A stretch of DNA of 64,000 bases, from sequence record SRR31156797_826. The stretch is one strand, 5' to 3'. The notes beneath the pieces are model-generated. The model was not told the origin of the DNA, did not search any database, and was given only the letters and a program-made list of their open reading frames with translations. Both the position numbers and the translations under genes were made by a program. Positions 30,446 to 38,952 of the stretch are shown here, piece after piece (position 1 is the first letter of the stretch; every line of letters begins with the position of its first letter).

Positions 30446-30922
30446 ATGATTAAATATTTGATGGGCTCTATTGTGGTTCTTATTGTTGCGTATATTGTTG
30501 TTACTTTTAGTATAAAAAAGACAGGAGCCGACCAGAAATTTGATGAGGCTATGGACGTTCCCATAGGTGAATATGAATCTATGGGTATAAAAAAAGCTGA
30601 AAAAGACGAAGACGGCTATGTACTCTGGCTTGAGAACATGAACCTCTACGAAAACAGAGATAAGACAGGCACAACCTGTTCAACTAATCTTGAAATATAT
30701 TTTCCTATCAAAAAGAACGCTAAGCTTGTAATGAAACTTCGTTACAACATCGGTGTTTACCTCGCTAAACCTCTCCGTGAAATGACCGCAAAAGAGGCTA
30801 TGATGCCTGAAGGTCAATATAAGATGATCAATTCGCTCAAAGACAGATACAGAGAGCGTTACAAGATCGATAATATGACCAAGGTTCTCCTTAACGACTT
30901 CACCTGCACTGAAGCTCAGTGA
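30446..30922 (+). CDS. Single-pass membrane protein, FliL-like
   Basis: N-terminal TM; C-terminal LREMTAKEAMMPEGQYKMINSLKDR..KVLLNDF resembles the FliL C-terminus. Confidence 0.55.
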   Translation: MIKYLMGSIVVLIVAYIVVTFSIKKTGADQKFDEAMDVPIGEYESMGIKKAEKDEDGYVLWLENMNLYENRDKTGTTCSTNLEIYFPIKKNAKLVMKLRYNIGVYLAKPLREMTAKEAMMPEGQYKMINSLKDRYRERYKIDNMTKVLLNDFTCTEAQ

Positions 30923-30968
30923 AGCTAAACACCATACTGTAAATACTTTTTACGCTGTCCTATTTTGC

Positions 30969-30991
30969 CGCTCCTGATGGTCGCTTTATAA
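30969..30991. repeat. Dispersed intergenic hairpin repeat, copy 1
   Basis: CGCTCCTGATGGTCGCTTTATAA, 21/23 identical to 42138-42160. Confidence 0.7.
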
Positions 30992-31008
30992 CGACAAAAC
31001 ACACATAG

Positions 31009-31081
31009 GAACACCTGTTCGCTTTTTCTATTGACATCTCATTATATTGTATTAAAATAGATCATAGGCGAACACTAGTTT
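31009..31081 (+). promoter_or_regulatory. lexA promoter with two candidate SOS boxes
   Basis: GAAC-ACCT-GTTC (31009-31020), TTGACA (31031-36), TAAAAT (31053-58), GAAC-ACTA-GTTT (31070-31081). Confidence 0.75.
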
Positions 31082-31114
31082 GCGTATCTGACAAGCTCAT
31101 ATACGAGGTGAGAT

Positions 31115-31717
31115 ATGATGACAGACAGACAGCAGAAGTTTATGCAATTTATCGAGAATTTTATCAGGGATAACGGATATAGCCCATCCATCCGTGAGAT
31201 AGCTAAGGGCATGGGTCTGTCGTCCACCGCATCCGTTAAAAAGATGCTCGACAGGCTTACTGATAAAGGGTTTCTTAACCGCTCAGAAAATATTGCCAGA
31301 GGGATCGATATGCCGTCAATGGGCATCCCCGTCATCGGTAGCATTAAAGCTGGTGTCCCTGTGGAAGCTGAAGAGAACATCGAAGGCTATATGAAGCTCG
31401 ACAGGCTCACTATACGCTCTGGCGACTGCTTTTTCCTCAAGGTTGACGGCGACAGCATGAAAGATGAGGCGATCCTCGACGGTGATTATGTCCTCATAAA
31501 GCCTAGCCCGGTCATTACAAACGGACAGATAGGCGCTTTCCGCATTAACGGTGAGGTCACTCTCAAAACTTTCAGACAAAATGCTGAGGGTGTATATCTC
31601 ATGCCTGCAAATGAGGCTTTCGAGCCTATACCTGTGGGCGAATATGATGAGTTCGAAGTTATCGGACTGCTCAAAATGGTCATGCGGATGACAGAGGCTG
31701 GTCAGTTTCTGCAGTAG
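31115..31717 (+). CDS. lexA: SOS repressor LexA
   Basis: wHTH SPSIREIA..GLSSTASV, Ala-Gly cleavage site IKAGVP, catalytic GDSM and VTLK. Confidence 0.95.
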   Translation: MMTDRQQKFMQFIENFIRDNGYSPSIREIAKGMGLSSTASVKKMLDRLTDKGFLNRSENIARGIDMPSMGIPVIGSIKAGVPVEAEENIEGYMKLDRLTIRSGDCFFLKVDGDSMKDEAILDGDYVLIKPSPVITNGQIGAFRINGEVTLKTFRQNAEGVYLMPANEAFEPIPVGEYDEFEVIGLLKMVMRMTEAGQFLQ

Positions 31718-31822
31718 CACCTTTTCCCGCTGTGCTTGCCTTATTATAAACCACTATTCAGACAACTGTATGGAGGTGGTCAAGCAAGCAGCATAAAAAT
31801 ATATACAATGTGGTGATGTGAA

Positions 31823-32074
31823 ATGTTGCTTAATTTGCACGAGAGGGTGCGTGTTGGTGCTGTTTTCGAAAGCTCTCCAAAACCTGTCTGGTTCAGTCTG
31901 CACGGCGAAAAGGTTGTCGTCAGAGAGATCTGCTACAGATGGAAAGAGCGAGACGGTGCTGACATAATTCATAAATATACAGTCACAGACGGCTTTAATG
32001 TATTCGAGCTGTCATTTAGCGCACTTGATGCCTGTTGGTACCTTGAAGCTATGGACGAAGGTGATGGAAGATGA
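31823..32074 (+). CDS. Small conserved-looking hypothetical protein coupled to dinB
   Basis: 83 aa; stop overlaps the dinB start (ATGA); beta-rich P.WF..V.EI.YRW..Y.V..F.L.F..W.L pattern. Confidence 0.75.
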   Translation: MLLNLHERVRVGAVFESSPKPVWFSLHGEKVVVREICYRWKERDGADIIHKYTVTDGFNVFELSFSALDACWYLEAMDEGDGR

Positions 32075-33273
32075 TTTTATGTATGGATATGGACGCTTTC
32101 TTCGCATCTGTTGAGCAGGCAGCCAACCCACACCTAAGAGATAAACCTATTGCAGTCATAGGCGCAAAGGAGCGCACAGTAGTTGTCACCAGTTCATACG
32201 AGGCGAGGGCGCTAGGCGTTAAGACCGGAATGAGCAAGTATGAGGCACAACGTGTCTGCCCCTGGGTAGAGCTTGTCTGCGGACAAAACAGACTCTATAC
32301 GCATATATCATCAGAGATAACCAGATACCTTCGCACAATCACACCTAATGTCGAAGTTTACTCCATAGATGAGGCGTTCCTTGATGTTTCCGATTGTGAT
32401 GCCCCACCAGTGGACATCGCATACATGATAAAAAGCCACGTAAAGCGTAATTTCAAGATCACATGCTCCGTAGGTGTCGGACAAAACAAGCTTGTGGCTA
32501 AGATGGCGTCAGGGGTTAATAAACCGGACGGATACTATGTAGTGCCGGCAGAGGATACTATAAAATTTATGGACAGCTTCGAGCTTGGCGATATATGGGG
32601 AATAGGGCGCAAATTATCTGCGAGATTCCAAAATATGGGCGTATTCAATACTTCCGACCTGCGGGAGCTTGGTGAAGACAGGCTTGTGGAGATGCTCGGT
32701 ATCAACGGCAACCGTATTTATGACATGGCGCACGGCGGATACTCCAGCGGTGTGGAAGATAAAGAGACTCCCGTCAAATCGATCGGGCACAGCATGACAA
32801 TTCCACACGACATCAGGAGCAGAGAGGAAGCAGCTAATTATCTGTTACAGCTCTCAGAAATGGTCTCTGCAAGAGCCAGGAAGAACGGCTATTCCGGAAA
32901 AACGATACACCTGACCATCAGAGATACTGGGATGGGCACAGTCGGCAAAAGGCACACATTCGGATTTTTCACAGCGGCGACACATCACATTTATGATATA
33001 TCTATGGCACTTTTTGACGAGCTTTGGAGCGGTGAGGCGATACGCCTTTTGGGGATATCCCTCGGTTCACTCGTTCCGGGGTGTGTTCAGCTTTCGAACA
33101 TTATGGATGAGAAGCAGGATTGGGCGGATATATATGATACTATTGATAAAATCAACACTAAATACGGCAAGCAGGCTGTCTCTTACGCCTCTGTACTGAA
33201 CTGCAAACGTAAAGGAGCAAAAACCATCTCACCAGCATGGCGCCCCGACGGCACCCGCAACGTTCAATTTTAG
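32071..33273 (+). CDS. dinB: Y-family DNA polymerase IV
   Basis: DMDAFFASVEQ, SYEARALGV, SIDEAFLD, NKLVAKMAS, KPDG, IWGIG. Confidence 0.95.
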   Translation: MILCMDMDAFFASVEQAANPHLRDKPIAVIGAKERTVVVTSSYEARALGVKTGMSKYEAQRVCPWVELVCGQNRLYTHISSEITRYLRTITPNVEVYSIDEAFLDVSDCDAPPVDIAYMIKSHVKRNFKITCSVGVGQNKLVAKMASGVNKPDGYYVVPAEDTIKFMDSFELGDIWGIGRKLSARFQNMGVFNTSDLRELGEDRLVEMLGINGNRIYDMAHGGYSSGVEDKETPVKSIGHSMTIPHDIRSREEAANYLLQLSEMVSARARKNGYSGKTIHLTIRDTGMGTVGKRHTFGFFTAATHHIYDISMALFDELWSGEAIRLLGISLGSLVPGCVQLSNIMDEKQDWADIYDTIDKINTKYGKQAVSYASVLNCKRKGAKTISPAWRPDGTRNVQF

Positions 33274-33277
33274 CCGG

Positions 33278-33646
33278 TTAGATAAAATAAATTTTAAATT
33301 TATTTAAGATATAGAAGGCGACTATCCCAAGCGCATCAGCGAAAATGTCGTAACCTGATAAATATCTGTTTGGCAGAAAATGCTGAACTACTTCGATAAA
33401 AACACCGTAAAGGAAGAGGAGGGCGGCGAGCTTAAAAAATGATTGTTTATGCCCCATATACCCTAAAAAACTTAATGCAAAAAAGGCACCGATATGGTTT
33501 ATCTTGTCACCAAACTGCCCAGGAGGCGTAGGTACAGCTAAGGGTGTGAACGCAAGATAAGTTATTACAGCAAGTGAGATATAGAATAAATACCTGTACT
33601 TTAAAATATTTTTCTCCGCAAAAAAAGGGGAGCCGAAACTCCCCAT
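33278..33646 (-). CDS. VanZ family membrane protein
   Basis: DKINHIGAF, IEVVQHFLPNR, DIFADALG; true start probably downstream because the ORF 5' end overlaps the purB terminator. Confidence 0.8.
   Translation of the reverse strand: MGSFGSPFFAEKNILKYRYLFYISLAVITYLAFTPLAVPTPPGQFGDKINHIGAFFALSFLGYMGHKQSFFKLAALLFLYGVFIEVVQHFLPNRYLSGYDIFADALGIVAFYILNKFKIYFI
33620..33644 (-). terminator. Rho-independent terminator after purB
   Basis: Minus strand GGGGAG-TTTCGG-CTCCCC-TTTTTTT. Confidence 0.85.
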
Positions 33647-33658
33647 TGTAATATAAAT

Positions 33659-33681
33659 TTATCAGGCGAACATCGTGAGCC
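33659..33681. repeat. Dispersed intergenic hairpin repeat, copy 3 (inverted)
   Basis: TTATCAGGCGAACATCGTGAGCC, 19/23 match to the reverse complement of 42138-42160. Confidence 0.55.
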
Positions 33682-33739
33682 ACACAAACGAGGCATTACA
33701 AAAGAGCAACCCAGCTTGTGATAAGCCTATAGGTGCTAC

Positions 33740-35176
33740 CTATACTTTGATGTCTACGTCCATACCGAGAAGAGCGGAGTATTTGCTTACCACCGTGTCA
33801 ACTTCCTCAGCGAGAAACTGGTCAACCTGCTCCGGCGAACGACCTACAAACTTTATAGGGTCGAGTAGCCCGAGGATCTCTTCTTTGTTAAGCGGTACAG
33901 ATTCAGCATTCGCAAGCCTCTCCAAAAGGTCGTTTGACTCACCTTCCATCTTAACTCTCTTGCCTGCCTCCATAGATGCCACACGAACAACCTCATGCAT
34001 CTCCTGCCTGTCAGCACCACGTTTCACAGACTCCATAATTATATTTTCTGTAGCCATGAACGGAAGCTCTTCCATAACACGCTTTTCGATCATGCGATCG
34101 TAAACAACGAGTCCGGATGTGATGTTGTAAAGGAGCTCAAGGATAGAATCTATACAGAGAAAAGCTTCTGAAATACCTATTCGGCGGTTAGCAGAGTCGT
34201 CAAGTGTACGCTCAAACCACTGTGTGGCGTGTGTCATATATGGATTCATGCCTAGTGTTATAACGTGACGGGATAGGGAGCAAACACGCTCGCTTCTCAT
34301 AGGGTTACGCTTATAAGCCATCGCACTGGAACCGATCTGATTCTTTTCAAACGGCTCTTCAACCTCTTTAAGGTTAGCGAGGAGACGAAGGTCAGTCGCC
34401 ATTTTATGTGATGTTTCAGCTATTTGCGCAAGCACAGCAAGTACACGAGTGTCCTGCTTTCTGGTGTATGTCTGACCTGTGATAGTGAGGACTTTCTCAA
34501 AATCCATAGCTTCTGTCACCATCTGGTCGAGTTTTTTAACTTTTTCATGGTCGCCTTCGAAAAGGTGAAGAAATGACGCCTGAGTACCAGTAGTACCCTT
34601 TACGCCTCTGAAACGTATGTTCTCAAGTGCGAACTCAAGCGATTCGAAGTCGAGGACGAAATCCTGAAGCCAGAGACAAGCTCTCTTGCCAACTGTTGTT
34701 AGCTGTGCCGGCTGAAAGTGTGTGAAGCCTAGGGCTGGTACGTTTTTGTACTGGCGTGCGAACTTAGCCATGTTGTCCATAACATTAACCAGTTTTTTCT
34801 TAACAAGCTCCATACCTTCTTTTAGGACAATAGCGTCTGTGTTGTCACCCACATAAGCTGATGTAGCACCTAAATGTATGATAGGCATAGCTTTTGGACA
34901 GCACTCACCATATGTGTGAACGTGCGCCATAACGTCATGGCGGAACTTACGCTCCATCTGTGCAGCATATTCAAAGTCGATATTCTCGACATTATCTTTC
35001 ATCTCTTTTAGCTGTTCGTCAGTAATATTCAGACCGAGCTTTTGCTCTGATTCTGCAAGGGCAATCCACAGCTTTCTCCATGTGGAGAATTTCTTATGCG
35101 GAGAGAAGATGTATAGCATCTCTTTACTTGCATAGCGCTCTGAAAGGGGGTTTGAGTAACCTTTGTAATCTTTCAT
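33740..35176 (-). CDS. purB: Adenylosuccinate lyase
   Basis: RHDVMAH, IHLGATS, GFTHFQPAQLTTVGKR, GSSAMAYKRNP. Confidence 0.97.
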   Translation of the reverse strand: MKDYKGYSNPLSERYASKEMLYIFSPHKKFSTWRKLWIALAESEQKLGLNITDEQLKEMKDNVENIDFEYAAQMERKFRHDVMAHVHTYGECCPKAMPIIHLGATSAYVGDNTDAIVLKEGMELVKKKLVNVMDNMAKFARQYKNVPALGFTHFQPAQLTTVGKRACLWLQDFVLDFESLEFALENIRFRGVKGTTGTQASFLHLFEGDHEKVKKLDQMVTEAMDFEKVLTITGQTYTRKQDTRVLAVLAQIAETSHKMATDLRLLANLKEVEEPFEKNQIGSSAMAYKRNPMRSERVCSLSRHVITLGMNPYMTHATQWFERTLDDSANRRIGISEAFLCIDSILELLYNITSGLVVYDRMIEKRVMEELPFMATENIIMESVKRGADRQEMHEVVRVASMEAGKRVKMEGESNDLLERLANAESVPLNKEEILGLLDPIKFVGRSPEQVDQFLAEEVDTVVSKYSALLGMDVDIKV

Positions 35177-35189
35177 TTATATCCTCGTG

Positions 35190-36491
35190 TTATTTATTTT
35201 CCATTATTTTCTGTCCCCATCTGCGGGCATCATCTTTAATTTTATTTTCGTCTAGTGTAAGAATCTCTCTATCTTTCATCAAACACTTACCGTTAACATA
35301 AGTGTGTGTCACATCTGTTGATTTAGCTGAGTATACAAGGTGAGATATAGGGTTATAAACAGGTGTCATGTGCGGTTCGTCAAAAGAAACTACAATGAAA
35401 TCCGCGAGATTACCACGCTTAAGTTCACCAGTTTTCTTAACACCTAAACCTTTGGCACCATTAATAGTTCCCATCTTAAGGATCTCCTCAGCAGGGAACA
35501 CAGTAGCGTCCTTTTCAACGCCTTTCTGCACAAGCGCCTGAGACTGCATTTCGCTGATCATGTCGAGGTCGTTATTGCTGGCGGCTCCATCTGTTCCTAT
35601 GGTGAGGTTACAGCCGGCATCAAGCATAGCTTTTGCAGGGGCAAATCCGTTTGCAAGTTTCATATTGCTCTGAATATTGAGTGCGACATTAACGTTTTTG
35701 CTACCCATAAGCTCAATTTCCTCTGGTGTGAGGTGAACACAATGAGCAAAAATGCTCTTATTAATGTCGAAAGCGCCTGTGTCGTCCATTATCTGAACTG
35801 TTGATTTTCCATATTTTTCTATAGAATCACCACGCTCATTTGCAGCTTCAGCGAGGTGAGTGTGGAGCAAAATATCGTGTTTAGCGCAGAATTCCACGCA
35901 TTTAGCGTAATTGTCAGGATTGACAGTGTAGGGTGCGTGAGGGCAGATGGCGATGTCTATCTGTTTGCAGTCCTTATGTTTAAGGTAAAGCTCGCCAGCC
36001 TTTGCTATATAGTCGTCTGCGCCCTGACCAAACTTAGTAGGGAAGTCAAGAACTCCGGCTCCTATAACAGCTTTAAGACCGCTTGCCTTGATCACAGATG
36101 CGATGGTATCTGATAGAAAATACATATCGCTACTGATGGTCGTACCGGATTTTATCATCTCTACAGCCGCAAGTTCTGTAGCGGAAAGGATAAATTCCTC
36201 TGAGAGCCATTTTGATTCAGCTGGCCAGATGTGGTTCTGAAGCCACTCCATAAGAGGAAGGTCGTCCGCTAAACCTCTGAAAAATCCCATCGGAAGGTGG
36301 GTATGGGTGTTTATAAGCCCCGGAAATATTGCCGAATTATGAAAATGCTCTATCTCATATCCGCTGGCTCCCTCTTCATCTGCATACTGAGAGACGCCTT
36401 GGATTTTATCACCAATAACAAGAAGATACGAGTCTTTATGCAACTGATTGTCGAAGTATATATAATCAGCGTAATATGCTTTTCTATTCAC
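35190..36491 (-). CDS. mtaD: MtaD/DadD-like nucleoside deaminase (amidohydrolase)
   Basis: NTHTH, PHAPY, HTHLAE, AHCVH, SNMKLA, GTDGAASNN. Confidence 0.8.
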   Translation of the reverse strand: MNRKAYYADYIYFDNQLHKDSYLLVIGDKIQGVSQYADEEGASGYEIEHFHNSAIFPGLINTHTHLPMGFFRGLADDLPLMEWLQNHIWPAESKWLSEEFILSATELAAVEMIKSGTTISSDMYFLSDTIASVIKASGLKAVIGAGVLDFPTKFGQGADDYIAKAGELYLKHKDCKQIDIAICPHAPYTVNPDNYAKCVEFCAKHDILLHTHLAEAANERGDSIEKYGKSTVQIMDDTGAFDINKSIFAHCVHLTPEEIELMGSKNVNVALNIQSNMKLANGFAPAKAMLDAGCNLTIGTDGAASNNDLDMISEMQSQALVQKGVEKDATVFPAEEILKMGTINGAKGLGVKKTGELKRGNLADFIVVSFDEPHMTPVYNPISHLVYSAKSTDVTHTYVNGKCLMKDREILTLDENKIKDDARRWGQKIMENK

Positions 36492-37123
36492 TAAATACCC
36501 TCCAGAATCCTAATGATATCTTTAGGCGTGTTCGCAATGTAATCTGCGCTCACATTATTCAGAGTACCATAACCGTATGAGCAAAAGCAAGTTCTAGCCC
36601 CTGCGCCTGTACCGGCGAGTATATCGCTATAACTATCTCCTATCATTATTGTTTTATGCGGCAGTTCATTATGCTCTTCTATAATTTTTGAAACACCGTA
36701 AGGTGCCGGTTTTTTAACACCAAAGCTGTCACCACCGTACCATTCTACAAAATATCTGCTTATTTCAAAATGCTTGACCATATCATCGCTTATCTGGCGT
36801 ATTTTGTTAGACAAAATCACTGCCTTGATCTTCGAATAATCAATATATTTTAGCACAGACTTAAACCCATTCATAATACAGGTATTTTCCATCATTTTAT
36901 CTTTATAGATTTCCCTGAAATGAGTCTCCATTTCGTCTTTAAAATTATCCTCTCCAACTGCGTTAACTACAAGCTGACGCATCCCGCTCCCAACGTATCT
37001 TTTTGTCTGTTTGATCTCAATCGGCTCAAAGCCGTACTTATCCAATGTGATAAGTAGTGAATTATGGATATCCTGGATGGTGTCAATCATAGTGCCATCC
37101 ATATCAAAAATAACTAGATTCAT
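36491..37123 (-). CDS. HAD-IA hydrolase, phosphoglycolate phosphatase-like
   Basis: FDMDGTMIDT, LSNK, KKPAP, MIGDS..D. Confidence 0.88.
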   Translation of the reverse strand: MNLVIFDMDGTMIDTIQDIHNSLLITLDKYGFEPIEIKQTKRYVGSGMRQLVVNAVGEDNFKDEMETHFREIYKDKMMENTCIMNGFKSVLKYIDYSKIKAVILSNKIRQISDDMVKHFEISRYFVEWYGGDSFGVKKPAPYGVSKIIEEHNELPHKTIMIGDSYSDILAGTGAGARTCFCSYGYGTLNNVSADYIANTPKDIIRILEGI

Positions 37124-37224
37124 GCCCTTTCCTTAACTAAGAATAAGGTTCATGTTATACAGTATTCTATAATAATTGCAATATTATCAGTGTTTTCTAT
37201 ACGAGAAATCTGTTATATTTATCC

Positions 37225-37668
37225 ATGTCAGAATTTTTCATACAATACAGTTATTTCGGAATGTTTCTTCTCAGCATGTTAGCGTCATCTCTGCTCCCCC
37301 TTGGTAGCGAATGGCTGCTGATTCTGTTGATTGGAAACGGGCTGGATGTCGCCGGTGTTGTCTCCTCTGCAACATTAGGAAATACGGTTGGTGCATGCAC
37401 AACATACGCAATAGGATATTACGGAAGTGATTTTTTCAAAAAAAAGGTACTTAATCTCAAACCGGATAAACAGAAGAGGGCGGAAAAGTTTTATAAAAAG
37501 TATGGAGCGTTTTCTCTGCTTATGTCGTGGCTACCAATTATTGGTGATCCTATCTGCTTCGTTAGCGGGGTTGCAAGATATTCAGTTTTCAGATTTACCA
37601 TCCTTGTATTAATAGGAAAGGGCTCCAGATACGCATTATTGGCATTTATAACTATAAACGCCACCTGA
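37225..37668 (+). CDS. YqaA/DedA (VTT domain) membrane protein
   Basis: LLPLGSE, GNTVG..TTY, KYG..LLMSWLPIIGDP, GKGSRY. Confidence 0.88.
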   Translation: MSEFFIQYSYFGMFLLSMLASSLLPLGSEWLLILLIGNGLDVAGVVSSATLGNTVGACTTYAIGYYGSDFFKKKVLNLKPDKQKRAEKFYKKYGAFSLLMSWLPIIGDPICFVSGVARYSVFRFTILVLIGKGSRYALLAFITINAT

Positions 37669-37815
37669 AAGAGTATTTCGTCACCTAAGCAAAAAACACA
37701 TCAAAAACATATAAATACAAAGATAAAAAATTAAAAACACCTTAAAAAGGCTTTAAATAGTTGATAAAATGTACTATATAAAGTTATGAGCAAATGTGCT
37801 TTTGGAGGCGTATAA

Positions 37816-38052
37816 ATGAGTATCCACGATGATATCTTAAAAGAAGCAGAGAGAAACAGTAGAGATGAAGACCTGCCCGACATATTATTCGACCAGATAA
37901 AGGATATTTGCAGAGGTAAAGTAGAATCGGACTTATTAGATGATCTGCTTGAGAGGCTGGAGGATTATGAGCCGTTTGCTGATGTTGGTTGTGGGAACGA
38001 ATCATACAGCACAGCGGATGTACAAAGGGTTGTAGATAAGATAATAGGGTAG
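37816..38052 (+). CDS. Small acidic hypothetical protein
   Basis: 78-aa ORF with a strong GGAGG RBS and a downstream hairpin. Confidence 0.7.
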   Translation: MSIHDDILKEAERNSRDEDLPDILFDQIKDICRGKVESDLLDDLLERLEDYEPFADVGCGNESYSTADVQRVVDKIIG

Positions 38053-38056
38053 AGAG

Positions 38057-38083
38057 ACCTGCGGAAGCTCCAGACAACCGCAG
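38057..38083. terminator. Hairpin between convergent genes
   Basis: CCTGCGG-N13-CCGCAGG. Confidence 0.5.
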
Positions 38084-38094
38084 GCGATAATATA

Positions 38095-38739
38095 TTACTG
38101 AGTAGCAGAATTACCCTGACCCATGTTATTTTTCATATTCTGCTGCATCATTTTCTTCTGCATTTGCATTTTCATCTTCTGTTGCATCTGCTCCTGCATT
38201 TTACCTTGTTGCCCCTTCATAGTACCTTTCTGAGAGCTACCCATAGCGCCTTTCATACCTTTCTGACCTGAGCCCATCTGGGGGTTTCTGCTGTTTCTGC
38301 CACGCCAGAGCGGGGTGCCTGTATCAGCATCTCTAACCATAACAGGATCAGTGTATTTAGGTGTTATAAAGGATGAAACAAAAATATTGTCACCTTCATA
38401 AAAGCCTTGGTCTGCGTGGAATTCAGAGCCGGATAAAGTGATAATATCACCTTTGGTAAAAGTTATTTTTTGTTTGTCAATGTACCACTGAGGCGCAACG
38501 TGAGCGGTAAATCTCTTATATTCTGAATCAACTGTAAGGTGCAGACCGTTATCCTGCATAGACGGGTTATAGACGTTAGAATAGACTTCAGCAACAACAA
38601 CATTAACAGTTATAAATGTATCTTTATCGTATTGAAAATTGTGTTGTTTCATGTTTTTAGGTCCGTATTTTCCAGATGCTGAAGCTGTAAATGTACAGGC
38701 GATAACCAGCAGGGTAGTAATTACTAATAGTTTTCTCAT
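38095..38739 (-). CDS. Exported OB-fold-like protein with Met/Gln/Lys-rich tail
   Basis: Signal peptide; GLHLTV..AHVAPQWY..GDIITLSGS..RD..G.PLW core; C-terminal MQ/MK repeats. Confidence 0.75.
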   Translation of the reverse strand: MRKLLVITTLLVIACTFTASASGKYGPKNMKQHNFQYDKDTFITVNVVVAEVYSNVYNPSMQDNGLHLTVDSEYKRFTAHVAPQWYIDKQKITFTKGDIITLSGSEFHADQGFYEGDNIFVSSFITPKYTDPVMVRDADTGTPLWRGRNSRNPQMGSGQKGMKGAMGSSQKGTMKGQQGKMQEQMQQKMKMQMQKKMMQQNMKNNMGQGNSATQ

Positions 38740-38952
38740 AAGTATCCCTCACAAATAATTTCTACAAGTTTATCATCTATGATTTACCAATCAAACCAAA
38801 TTACTGTTAATCTTACCACCAACCATCCTTATATCACCATTAATTTAACATAATATATCTTATCGGACGTTACTGTACCGTTTTAACGATAGTTTTATAA
38901 TATGGATGATGTTTAGGTTTGATTAGATATTATATTCAATCTGATTAGAAAA

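Noticed and set aside
31115-33273. Prophage or ICE repressor module
   Set aside because: No integrase, att-like repeats, or phage or conjugation genes; the repressor has a LexA-type wHTH and SOS-like boxes
33278-33646. Glycopeptide resistance locus (vanZ)
   Set aside because: Lone VanZ-family membrane protein, which is widespread; no van cluster genes
35190-36491. Aminodeoxyfutalosine deaminase partnering mqnD
   Set aside because: Motifs fit general MtaD/DadD deaminases and it sits with purB, about 17 kb from mqnD; substrate cannot be assigned from sequence alone
38095-38739. Magnetosome gene (mamS/mamX)
   Set aside because: No CxxCH magnetochrome motifs and no other mam genes; at most a shared domain
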